A DNA stretch of 46,189 bases, taken from the IMG/VR virus record IMGVR_UViG_3300025769_000214. One strand, 5' to 3'. Position 1 is the stretch's first letter; each line of letters begins with the position of its first letter. The notes beneath the pieces are model-generated. The model saw only the letters and a program-made list of their open reading frames with translations, ran no database searches and had not been told where the DNA came from. A program made the position numbers and the translations under genes. The stretch comes from a virus. This document shows, in pieces, positions 8,697 through 16,678 of this stretch.

Positions 8697-9069
8697 CTTC
8701 GATTGTTGCGTCGAATAGAATCTCGAACTTGCGAGTTGCGTCATTCAGGTAGATTTCATCACCCGGTTCATCATCGCCAACGGTGATCTTCTTCACACGC
8801 GCAATGGCCGTGACCGTGTTGGTCACATCGATACCCATTGTGGTAGGAATGAAGGTTCCAGAGAACCAAGTTTCAAATGCGGTGATCAGCGCATCCATGC
8901 CAAGCGTTGCCGTAGTCGAAACTCCGGAACTTGCTGTCATTGAATAAGTATAGTCTTCAACCGTGAAGGGAGAAGTTTGAGAGATAGCGGTAGTGGGATC
9001 CGTGTAGCCTGTCGGCTTCGGAACATTACTATCGTTATCAGCGAAAAGCATGTCGCTAGTAAGTGCCAT
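8689..9069 (-). CDS. Hypothetical acidic Thr/Ser-rich protein; lone reverse-strand gene in the replication arm
   Basis: 126-aa ORF filling the gap between + genes; its 3' end overlaps the 3' end of 8328..8696 by 8 nt. Confidence 0.5.
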   Translation of the reverse strand: MALTSDMLFADNDSNVPKPTGYTDPTTAISQTSPFTVEDYTYSMTASSGVSTTATLGMDALITAFETWFSGTFIPTTMGIDVTNTVTAIARVKKITVGDDEPGDEIYLNDATRKFEILFDATIEVS

Positions 9070-9111
9070 GAAAGTAGTAGGTTTGGTGAACGTTCAGATT
9101 CTCCTACGGTT

Positions 9112-9126
9112 TGGCATGATATTTGA
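9112..9126 (+). promoter_or_regulatory. Degenerate sigma-54-type motif upstream of polB
   Basis: TGGCATgatatTTGA; 28 nt before ATG 9154. Confidence 0.4.
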
Positions 9127-9153
9127 TGCATTATAGATAAAGACCAGAAAATT

Positions 9154-11532
9154 ATGAATCACTTACTGTTTGGATCGGACGAAACTGAAAGGATCGTGGG
9201 CATGGCCGCTCACGGCAATCATCAGATCCGACAATGGATCCGGGACGAGAATGATGTTGTCTCCGATACCATACATGACGTGCATCCTTTTATATACACA
9301 ACGCCGGAAGGAATCGAAGTCATGCGTAGAGCCGTTGGGCCGCATGCCTTTAAGGTCAAGGAAATGTCCGGGGCGAACGAAATGAATCGTCTTGCGGTTT
9401 TCCCCGACATGGATATTTTCAGAGCCGCCCGGAAGGATCTCTACAATGATCCTGTATTCTCCAATTCTGGTAAGAACGAATTCTTCACCTACGGAGACCC
9501 GGTTGCCGCCTATCTGGTACAGTCAGGGAAGACTTTCTTCAAGGGCATGAACCCGCAGACCGTCCACCGGATGCAGGTCGATATTGAGACCTACCGAATC
9601 GATGGGTTTCCAGATGCGAAACTGGATCCAATAACCGTTATTGCGATCAGCGACAATCGTGGATTCGAGAAGGTTCTATTCCAGACCCACACACCGGACG
9701 TTGGCCTTGGGAAGAAGGCTCCGGAATTCGCGGAATGTATGGACAATGAAACACAAATGCTCCGGGAGTTGGTCAAGATCATTCAACGCCGGGATCCTGA
9801 CATTCTGGAAGGCCACAACTTCTTCGCTTACGATATGCCGTATATCACGGAACGTTGCGAACAGCTTGGTGTCAACTTTGCAATCGGCCGGGACTCGAAA
9901 GTTCCCTACTCCTATGCGGCTGAGAAGAAATTCGCAGAGCGGGATATCAAGTACACCAATTTCATTGCAGGCGGTCGATCCATAATCGACACAATGTTCC
10001 TAGCAATCGATTGGGACGTGTACACCCGGAAACTGGAAAACGTCACCCTGAAGGGAGTTGCCAAAACGCTAGGCGTTTCGCCAGAGAACCGAACATACAT
10101 TGAAGGTGCTGACCTTGCTCAAACTTGGTTGGACGATCCAAGCCGGGTTCTTGATTACGCTCTTGATGACGTTCTTGAGACACGCGGGATCTCAGATCAG
10201 TTATGTAGCTCCCAATTTGCCCTGACCCAGATGATGCCCCTTCCATACCAGAAGGTTCACCTATCTGGAAAGGCTTCCGTCATTCAGTCGTTGTTCATTC
10301 GGGAATATCTGCGCGAACGCGCATCCATACCGACTTCCAAGCCCGGTTCTCAGGAATGGGGCGGCTACACCGACATTTTCAAGACAGGCGTGTACGACAA
10401 GGTATGGTACATTGACGTTGCTTCCCTGTACCCGTCGATCATGCTGAACTATGATATCAAGCCTGCTCAAGATCACCTTGGACTGTTTCAGGGGATCCTG
10501 CAAAGCCTGACTGACCTACGCTTCCAGACAAAAGGGGCGATGAAGAAAACGTCGAACAAAACCCGACTCGCTGAACTGGACGCTAGACAGCAGGCGTTCA
10601 AAATCATCATCAACTCATTCTACGGTATGCTTGGTGCAGGCGGGATCGCCCTGTTCGCTACCGTCTCCGAAGCAGACAGGGTTGCCCGTACCGGGCAGGG
10701 ATTGTTGCGGAGAATGATGGAGCTAATCGACTCATCTGGTGCGGAGATTATCGAATGTGATACGGACGGGGTACTGTGTACCGCTCCCCCGGATAAGGAC
10801 TTCTTCAAGGATGGGCCGGACTTCTGCCAATGGGTTACAGACCGAATGCCGGAAGGAATCATTGCAGACTTCGACGGTGCATATCTGAAGATGTTGTCCA
10901 GAGCCAAGAAGAACTATGCCTTGGTTGACCTGAACGGAAAGATCACGATCAAGGGTGGATCATTCAAATCCAGATCGCTTGAACTGCTCTTCCGGGATTA
11001 TATCACCCTGCAACTTGGTAGTCTACTTGACCGCGATTCCGTAGCGTTGCGAAATCGACACATTGACTTCCAGAAGATGATCATGTCTCCAATTGAACCT
11101 GCTCAGATTGCCCGTACCGTCACGCTGAAGGAGAGTTTCGACGTGTATGATGATAAGGTAGCTGAAGGTGGAAACCGCGCCCCGCAGTATGAAATCGGAA
11201 AGGCATTGGTCAGGGGGGAAGGTAGGCGAGTACAAAAAGGTGATCGAATCAGTTATGTAATCTGTGGCACGAAATTGATCTCAAAAGTGAAGTCATATGT
11301 GGACGCTACTGCCCTAGAATTTGTACGTCCCGGAACGCACCACACTAAATTTTACCTTCAGAAGCTACGGAAAATAGCGGAAGGAAGGTTTGGCATGTTC
11401 TTTGCAGAAGAAGATGTAGACAAGGTATTTCCCCGCACACCACCATCGAACACAATCGATATGTTTGGCGGCGTGGAATTCAACGGAGTAGAAATCAACA
11501 ATCAAATCGTACAGCAATATGAGCCTATCTAA
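9154..11532 (+). CDS. Family-B DNA polymerase with 3'-5' exonuclease domain
   Basis: ExoI VDIETY, ExoII GHNFFAYDMPYI, ExoIII YALDDVLET, motif A DVASLYPSIM, motif B KIIINSFYGMLG, motif C ECDTDGV. Confidence 0.9.
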   Translation: MNHLLFGSDETERIVGMAAHGNHQIRQWIRDENDVVSDTIHDVHPFIYTTPEGIEVMRRAVGPHAFKVKEMSGANEMNRLAVFPDMDIFRAARKDLYNDPVFSNSGKNEFFTYGDPVAAYLVQSGKTFFKGMNPQTVHRMQVDIETYRIDGFPDAKLDPITVIAISDNRGFEKVLFQTHTPDVGLGKKAPEFAECMDNETQMLRELVKIIQRRDPDILEGHNFFAYDMPYITERCEQLGVNFAIGRDSKVPYSYAAEKKFAERDIKYTNFIAGGRSIIDTMFLAIDWDVYTRKLENVTLKGVAKTLGVSPENRTYIEGADLAQTWLDDPSRVLDYALDDVLETRGISDQLCSSQFALTQMMPLPYQKVHLSGKASVIQSLFIREYLRERASIPTSKPGSQEWGGYTDIFKTGVYDKVWYIDVASLYPSIMLNYDIKPAQDHLGLFQGILQSLTDLRFQTKGAMKKTSNKTRLAELDARQQAFKIIINSFYGMLGAGGIALFATVSEADRVARTGQGLLRRMMELIDSSGAEIIECDTDGVLCTAPPDKDFFKDGPDFCQWVTDRMPEGIIADFDGAYLKMLSRAKKNYALVDLNGKITIKGGSFKSRSLELLFRDYITLQLGSLLDRDSVALRNRHIDFQKMIMSPIEPAQIARTVTLKESFDVYDDKVAEGGNRAPQYEIGKALVRGEGRRVQKGDRISYVICGTKLISKVKSYVDATALEFVRPGTHHTKFYLQKLRKIAEGRFGMFFAEEDVDKVFPRTPPSNTIDMFGGVEFNGVEINNQIVQQYEPI
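11391..11405 (+). promoter_or_regulatory. Sigma-54-type motif variant inside the polB 3' end
   Basis: TGGCATgttctTTGC; 114 nt before ATG 11519. Confidence 0.4.
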
Positions 11533-11758
11533 AATGACACCAATCGAATACTTCGATCCGCAGGAAGCAGACCAAGCTCCGGTCTACTTTATCGTCCGGG
11601 CCAAACGAGTCGCAGGATTCGAATGGCAAAGGCACGAAATGTACTTAGCGACATGGGATCCTGTTTCCGGCTTCATGTGCAACTACTGGTCAACCATTCA
11701 GGATGCAGTTTTGCATGACGTTACTCATTTTCACATCACAGATATACCAGTTCAATGA
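11519..11758 (+). CDS. Hypothetical protein
   Basis: 79-aa ORF; an alternative ATG lies at 11534 just after the polB stop. Confidence 0.5.
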   Translation: MSLSKMTPIEYFDPQEADQAPVYFIVRAKRVAGFEWQRHEMYLATWDPVSGFMCNYWSTIQDAVLHDVTHFHITDIPVQ

Positions 11759-12015
11759 ACATCAAGAAATTCACAAAACTATCGCGTCTGGTCACGAACA
11801 ATTTCGAGATCCACACCGTAAGACGTGATCCGGTTCACAAGACTCTGCACGTCACAGTTTCGTATTCCGGGCCGGAAGCAGGGAAGATGAAATTCACCAA
11901 GGGCCAGAAGGACACGTTCTACAAGGAACAGGCCAAGGAAATGATCGATCCCCTGCTCATGCTCATGTCGAAATTGAAGCCACGTTGCAAAACTCTGAAG
12001 CTCCATGTTAGATGA
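11755..12015 (+). CDS. Hypothetical protein
   Basis: 86-aa ORF; ATGA overlap with the upstream gene. Confidence 0.5.
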   Translation: MNIKKFTKLSRLVTNNFEIHTVRRDPVHKTLHVTVSYSGPEAGKMKFTKGQKDTFYKEQAKEMIDPLLMLMSKLKPRCKTLKLHVR

Positions 12016-12202
12016 AATCATTGATCGGTTATCCGATCACAATATCTCCGTTGCAGATCTAGCGATATCGCATGATCCGGAGACCGGGCATTTTGTAGTA
12101 GCAGTCGTGATTGATATTCCGAACATGCTACCCCCGGCAAAACTTCAGGAAGCCATGTTGGTCTCATTGCTTCAAACACTTGAACCTAAAACTGGAAACT
12201 AA
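12005..12202 (+). CDS. Hypothetical protein
   Basis: 65-aa ORF bridging to the RNR gene (TAATG coupling at 12202). Confidence 0.45.
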   Translation: MLDEIIDRLSDHNISVADLAISHDPETGHFVVAVVIDIPNMLPPAKLQEAMLVSLLQTLEPKTGN

Positions 12203-13887
12203 TGTCAGAATTCCGCACTCCACTAGCGCAAACCATATTCGAAAATAAATATCAACTCCACGAAGGAGAGACGTGGCGCGAACGCGCCGAAAAGATCGTT
12301 GATTGGGTCTGTGGTACTATGGGCGATACCACCGAAGCCCTGCTCCCGCAAGATGAACGGGACGAACTTGTAGAAGCCATTGCCACGATGAAGTTCATGC
12401 CCGGTGGACGCTACATCTACTATGCCGGGAGAGACGCAAACTTCTGGAACAATTGCTTTCTCCTGAAGGCAGAAGAAGACACACGCGAAGAATGGGCTGA
12501 ACTGGCCAACCGTGTAACGTCATGCCTAATGACAGGCGGCGGAATCGGAGTTGATTATTCGGTGATCAGACCACGCGGCGCAACCCTGAAGAGAACAGGG
12601 GGCGAAGCATCCGGGCCTATCCCCCTGATGAACATCGTGAACGAGATCGGACGAAATGTAATGCAGGGTGGCTCCCGGAGAAGTGCCATATACGCTTCCC
12701 TGAACTGGCAACACGGAGACGCAGAAGAGTTTCTGCATGCGAAGGATTGGAAGAACCAGATGATTCCCGGCACAGAGATTTCTATCCACGATGCCAAGAA
12801 TGCCGACTTCAACTTCCCGGCTCCATTGGACATGACGAATATCAGTCTGAATTATGATGATGCGTTCATCACGGCCTGCACCAATGATCAGGGAGAGTTT
12901 GACGCGACAGGGATCCCGGAGATTTTCTTCCAGAACGTCAGACAAGCAATGTCATCCGGGGAACCCGGCTTCAGCTTCAACTTTGGCGATAAGGAGAACG
13001 AAACGCTGAGAAATGCGTGTTGCGAAGTAACGTCTGAAGACGATTCTGACGTTTGCAACCTTGGTTCTGTGAATTTAGGACGAATTGAGTCGATAAATGA
13101 ATTCATGGAGATTTCACAATTGGCCACACGGTTCCTAATGTGCGGGACGCTCAGAGCCGATCTTCCATTCCATAAGGTTTATGAAGTTCGCAAGAAGAAT
13201 CGCCGCCTTGGATTGGGTCTCATGGGAATGCATGAATGGCTCCTGAAACGTGGCGAACGATACGAAGTGACTCCGGAGCTACACCAATGGTTGAAAGTCT
13301 GGAAAGCAACGTCAGATCTGACTGCATGGTTCACCGCAGAAGAGTTCGGTGTCTCTCAGCCCGTTGCTGTACGCGCAATCGCTCCCACAGGGACTATCGG
13401 CCTTCTGGCCGGGACAACTACCGGAATCGAACCCCTGTTCGCTGTGGCGTACAAGAGACGCTATCTGACGAATGGTACAGAATGGAAGGAGCAGTACGTA
13501 ATTGACGGGACTGCAAAGGAAATGATCGACCTGTACGGGTTGGATCCATATTCGATTGACTCAGCCGTAGATCTGGCCAATGATCCTGTCCGGAGAATGA
13601 AGTTCCAAGCTGACGTTCAGGACTACGTGGATCAGGCGATCAGTAGCACGATCAATCTCCCGGAATGGGGAAGCCTACTGAACAACGAATCAAAGGTACA
13701 CCAGTTTGCGGTCGATCTGGCGAGACTCGCGCCCCGGCTTCGTGGGTTCACCGTCTACCCGGATGGAGCAAGGGGTGGACAACCATTGACTCCATGTGAC
13801 TACTATTTAGCACACGAAAATGAAGGCGTGGAGTTTGATTCCGTCGATGTATGCGAATTAACAGGGGGCGGAAGCTGTGGATTGTAG
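12202..13887 (+). CDS. Ribonucleotide reductase catalytic chain, probably class II (cobalamin-dependent)
   Basis: RNR active-site region CCEVTSEDDSDVCNLGSVNL and C-terminal Cys pair CELTGGGSCGL. No beta-subunit (NrdB) gene is present in the genome, which is why class II is inferred. Confidence 0.8.
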   Translation: MSEFRTPLAQTIFENKYQLHEGETWRERAEKIVDWVCGTMGDTTEALLPQDERDELVEAIATMKFMPGGRYIYYAGRDANFWNNCFLLKAEEDTREEWAELANRVTSCLMTGGGIGVDYSVIRPRGATLKRTGGEASGPIPLMNIVNEIGRNVMQGGSRRSAIYASLNWQHGDAEEFLHAKDWKNQMIPGTEISIHDAKNADFNFPAPLDMTNISLNYDDAFITACTNDQGEFDATGIPEIFFQNVRQAMSSGEPGFSFNFGDKENETLRNACCEVTSEDDSDVCNLGSVNLGRIESINEFMEISQLATRFLMCGTLRADLPFHKVYEVRKKNRRLGLGLMGMHEWLLKRGERYEVTPELHQWLKVWKATSDLTAWFTAEEFGVSQPVAVRAIAPTGTIGLLAGTTTGIEPLFAVAYKRRYLTNGTEWKEQYVIDGTAKEMIDLYGLDPYSIDSAVDLANDPVRRMKFQADVQDYVDQAISSTINLPEWGSLLNNESKVHQFAVDLARLAPRLRGFTVYPDGARGGQPLTPCDYYLAHENEGVEFDSVDVCELTGGGSCGL

Positions 13888-13889
13888 TT

Positions 13890-13904
13890 TGGCACGATAC
13901 TTGA
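13890..13904 (+). promoter_or_regulatory. Sigma-54-type promoter candidate, -12 variant TTGA
   Basis: agtTTGGCACgatacTTGa shares an 18-mer with the copy at 4572-4589; it starts 3 nt after the RNR stop. Confidence 0.5.
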
Positions 13905-13922
13905 TGTATCATGGTCAGAACG

Positions 13923-13972
13923 AAAATTGTTCACCTTCTTCAACAAGTAACAGATCAGGGGTTAATAATAAG
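13923..13972 (+). repeat. 50-nt conserved element, copy A (abuts ATG 13973)
   Basis: aaaattgttcaccttcttc-aac-aagtaaca-g-atcaggggtta-ataataag-ATG. Confidence 0.8.
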
Positions 13973-14272
13973 ATGGGAATAGCAGACGGAACTATGGCAG
14001 ACGAAGCCGCACCACGCGGGATCCTAGCCGTAGCAAATAATCTTGAGCAACTGCAAGACGGTTTCTCAGCATTGGATCAGCAGGTTGGTGGCGGACACTA
14101 CAAAGACCTGAAGATTCAGCCAGTAGAATACATTCACGCAAACAATCTTGGTTTCATCGAAGGTTGCATCGTGAAGTATATCACCCGGTTCAGGAACAAG
14201 AACGGCAAGCAGGATCTTCTGAAGATCAAGCACTTTGTCGATCTCCTGATCCAACTCGAATACCCGGACTAA
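13973..14272 (+). CDS. DUF3310-like phage protein
   Basis: GGGHYKDLKIQPVEYIHANNLGFIEGCIVKYITRFRNKNGKQDLLKIKHF matches my memory of the DUF3310 core. ATG 13973 was chosen because the motif copy at 13890 lies inside the longer track ORF. Confidence 0.65.
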   Translation: MGIADGTMADEAAPRGILAVANNLEQLQDGFSALDQQVGGGHYKDLKIQPVEYIHANNLGFIEGCIVKYITRFRNKNGKQDLLKIKHFVDLLIQLEYPD

Positions 14273-14340
14273 ACCGGGAACCAACTTCTGCGATACTCGT
14301 AGGAGAAAATCACCCCTTAACTAAAAAAAGGAAAAGATAC

Positions 14341-14982
14341 ATGCGAAAGCATTCAATCATTGCCATGCTCTTTATGGCATTTCTACTCGTAGGCTGTTCT
14401 GACAATTCCGTATCGGAAGAATCAGTCGGTCGTAGCGAAGCCATTCCAGAGTACATTGCATCCAACGTACAACCTGAATTCACTCTCGAATCATTCGGAG
14501 CGCAGAAAGGTGATATCGTTGAAATCAAAGTCACATTTGATAACGAAGGCGATGTACGAACGTTCTCTACCAACGGGCCTGCCAGAAAAGTCGGACTCTA
14601 TGCATATGAAATCACACGATTCGTAAGCATAAACGCGATAGATCAAGAACAAGCCGTGTTAGTAACCGTGACGATCAATGGAGTCGAATATGCGTCATTC
14701 AATACCGAAGATTATCTAGTTGCGCCTGCCGTGTACAATGATAAATTCCTTTGGGCGATGGAAGCCGTAGTGATTAACCCCGGTGCTGAGATCAACGGAT
14801 TCGGAGAAGTAAACAGACACGGAGCAGGTAAAATGCAGGAAGTTGGGTGTTGGAATTCCAAATGTTGCTCATCGTGGGTTTGGGGCATTCCGCTCGTTAC
14901 CGATGGAATTGAATTCCTAGAAGGTGAAGAGAACTGCACAGGTACTTGCTATACAGGGTACGACCGATGCGGATTGGCATAA
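14341..14982 (+). CDS. Lipoprotein with a Cys-rich C-terminus
   Basis: Signal peptide plus lipobox MRKHSIIAMLFMAFLLVGC; C-terminal CWNSKCCSSW...CTGTCYTGYDRC. Confidence 0.7.
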   Translation: MRKHSIIAMLFMAFLLVGCSDNSVSEESVGRSEAIPEYIASNVQPEFTLESFGAQKGDIVEIKVTFDNEGDVRTFSTNGPARKVGLYAYEITRFVSINAIDQEQAVLVTVTINGVEYASFNTEDYLVAPAVYNDKFLWAMEAVVINPGAEINGFGEVNRHGAGKMQEVGCWNSKCCSSWVWGIPLVTDGIEFLEGEENCTGTCYTGYDRCGLA

Positions 14983-15227
14983 TCACAATCCTTCTTCTCC
15001 TTCTCGCGGGATGTGGAGAACGAAGTGAACAAGCAACGATCCCCGCTCCATTCGTGCCGACCGCGCTGACTCTGGACACAATTCATTCGCTTGACGCGGA
15101 TAGCTGTGTTGCGGGAATACCGCTTCAGGTTGACGCTGAATGGAAGACCGCCGTTATCGCAAGAGATCTTGAGATCGGTGAGAATTCAATCTTCGAGTTT
15201 GACTCCCTACCGGATTCAACCAGATAG
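14967..15227 (+). CDS. Small lipoprotein
   Basis: MRIGIITILLLLLAGC lipobox. Confidence 0.6.
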   Translation: MRIGIITILLLLLAGCGERSEQATIPAPFVPTALTLDTIHSLDADSCVAGIPLQVDAEWKTAVIARDLEIGENSIFEFDSLPDSTR

Positions 15228-15242
15228 ATTGAAACATGGTAA

Positions 15243-15285
15243 GCCCGGTCTACGTTGAATTGATTTTCACTAGACCGGGTTTTAT
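15243..15285 (+). terminator. Rho-independent terminator after the second lipoprotein gene
   Basis: gCCCGGTCTA ... TAGACCGGGt followed by ttttat. Confidence 0.65.
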
Positions 15286-15591
15286 CGTGCCTAACCTTCA
15301 CGCCACAACTATTCGATGCGCTCAAGCAATCTTCTTCACGTTCTTTTTGCTTCAGCTTTTGAGTATTATGGTGGGAGCATTCCAGACGAAAATAGTCGTT
15401 CAGGATTGCACACGGCAAAGCCAGATCACTACCCGGTGTGTGACCTATCATCTGACCCCTGAAGAATGGCAGAACGCCAACGCTTCACCGCGCGAACAGC
15501 GAAGGCCAGAGTAATCGATATGTATGCCGCGCTTAACATTCTATGAACATAAACGTAAAACCATCTAATGTCACGACATGGGTTGACCAAT

Positions 15592-15798
15592 ATGAAATCT
15601 CTTTTCTACACCCTGATTCTCATAATCGCCCTTTGCATGCTTGCAGGGTGTATTACGCTCAATATCGGTACGTCTCAGACCCCGAAGAATTCAGAAGACA
15701 AGGTGTTTACCCAACTCAGCGAGACTGACAGCTTATGGTTGGCACAGGGTAGACGGGATCTGGAAAAGATCAGGGGGTTGGCTAGGGATTCCCGGTAA
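15592..15798 (+). CDS. Small lipoprotein
   Basis: MKSLFYTLILIIALCMLAGC lipobox. Confidence 0.6.
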   Translation: MKSLFYTLILIIALCMLAGCITLNIGTSQTPKNSEDKVFTQLSETDSLWLAQGRRDLEKIRGLARDSR

Positions 15799-15966
15799 GT
15801 AGGGACTTTTTGCCGCGTCAGCATGAATTTTAAGCGCATAGCTTGAAAAACACGCGCATATCATCAAGGTATAGCCTGAATTGCCGCTATAACGCGAAAA
15901 GGCCAACCTTTCGATTGACCTTCCGCGACCTTCCCCGTTGGGGATTCCCATGTTGACCAGACATGG

Positions 15967-16272
15967 TTACTTAGGATCCCATTCAATATGAATATGTGTT
16001 GAATGTAGGACGTAATCATAATCCCGACCCAAGGCAACTTTCAGCTTCTCGAATACGAGTTTGGTCTGTGCCTTGGTGAAAAAGCGTGTCCGGAAGTCGA
16101 GTCCTTTTCCTGTGTAATGTAGGGAATTGTCAGAATGTACTCCGTCAAGCCCGGACGTAACCCAAAGGTCGAAACCTTCGTCGTGGTAAATTTGTTCGGC
16201 GGCAACCAAGACGGGAAGCATCCGAAAATGCAACCCGTCAAGGATAACGCCAGTTTTGAGTTTGAGTCCCAT
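15967..16272 (-). CDS. Peptidase M15-family peptidoglycan hydrolase (endolysin)
   Basis: Zn-ligand pattern HSDNSLHYTGKGLDFR (H-x6-D) and HIHIEWD (H-x-H); last gene of the late operon, next to holin-like genes. Confidence 0.75.
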   Translation of the reverse strand: MGLKLKTGVILDGLHFRMLPVLVAAEQIYHDEGFDLWVTSGLDGVHSDNSLHYTGKGLDFRTRFFTKAQTKLVFEKLKVALGRDYDYVLHSTHIHIEWDPK

Positions 16273-16276
16273 TGGA

Positions 16277-16648
16277 CTAACCGTTGTCTTCGGCTTCTTT
16301 CTCAGCCTTGTCTTTCAAGAATACAGATACAAGACCTGATACTGCAACGAGAGTCGAAATGACTTCTGCGGCAAGTTCCTGAGAGATTCCAACTGCGGCG
16401 GCGATCATTCCGATCCCTGCCCAAGAAGAGCCTTCTTTGAGACGGTCAACCGCCCATTTGAATAGCTGTTTCATTGTTAGCTTTATGTCTGGTTCGCGTA
16501 AATCCGAAAGGGTAAACTTCCGGTAGGTTCCAACTGATACGGGGTCAGGTGGTAGTGGTTTCACTTTCTCCAAGGTAGGAAAGAGCGAAGTTTGATCAGG
16601 ATCTTGTCCAGAAAGACTGTCCTGCGTTGGGTCATCCATTGGTTCCAT
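16277..16648 (-). CDS. Membrane protein of the lysis cassette (holin, antiholin or spanin-like)
   Basis: Hydrophobic segments SSWAGIGMIAAAVGI and VISTLVAVSGLVSVFL with a charged C-terminus. Confidence 0.5.
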   Translation of the reverse strand: MEPMDDPTQDSLSGQDPDQTSLFPTLEKVKPLPPDPVSVGTYRKFTLSDLREPDIKLTMKQLFKWAVDRLKEGSSWAGIGMIAAAVGISQELAAEVISTLVAVSGLVSVFLKDKAEKEAEDNG

Positions 16649-16678
16649 TGGTCTATCGGATTTATCTGGGGGAAGTGA

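Noticed and set aside
11265-11279. TGGCACgaaaTTGA inside polB
   Set aside because: The spacer is 4 nt rather than 5 and the -12 element is poor, so it is probably a chance match.
15125-15514. ORFs 15236..15514 (+) and 15125..15451 (-)
   Set aside because: Both run through the terminator hairpin at 15243-15285 and have implausible composition. Only a possible 48-aa sub-ORF (ATG about 15369) remains open.
15740-15754. TGGCACagggtagac inside the third lipoprotein gene
   Set aside because: No TTGC-like -12 element at the correct spacing.
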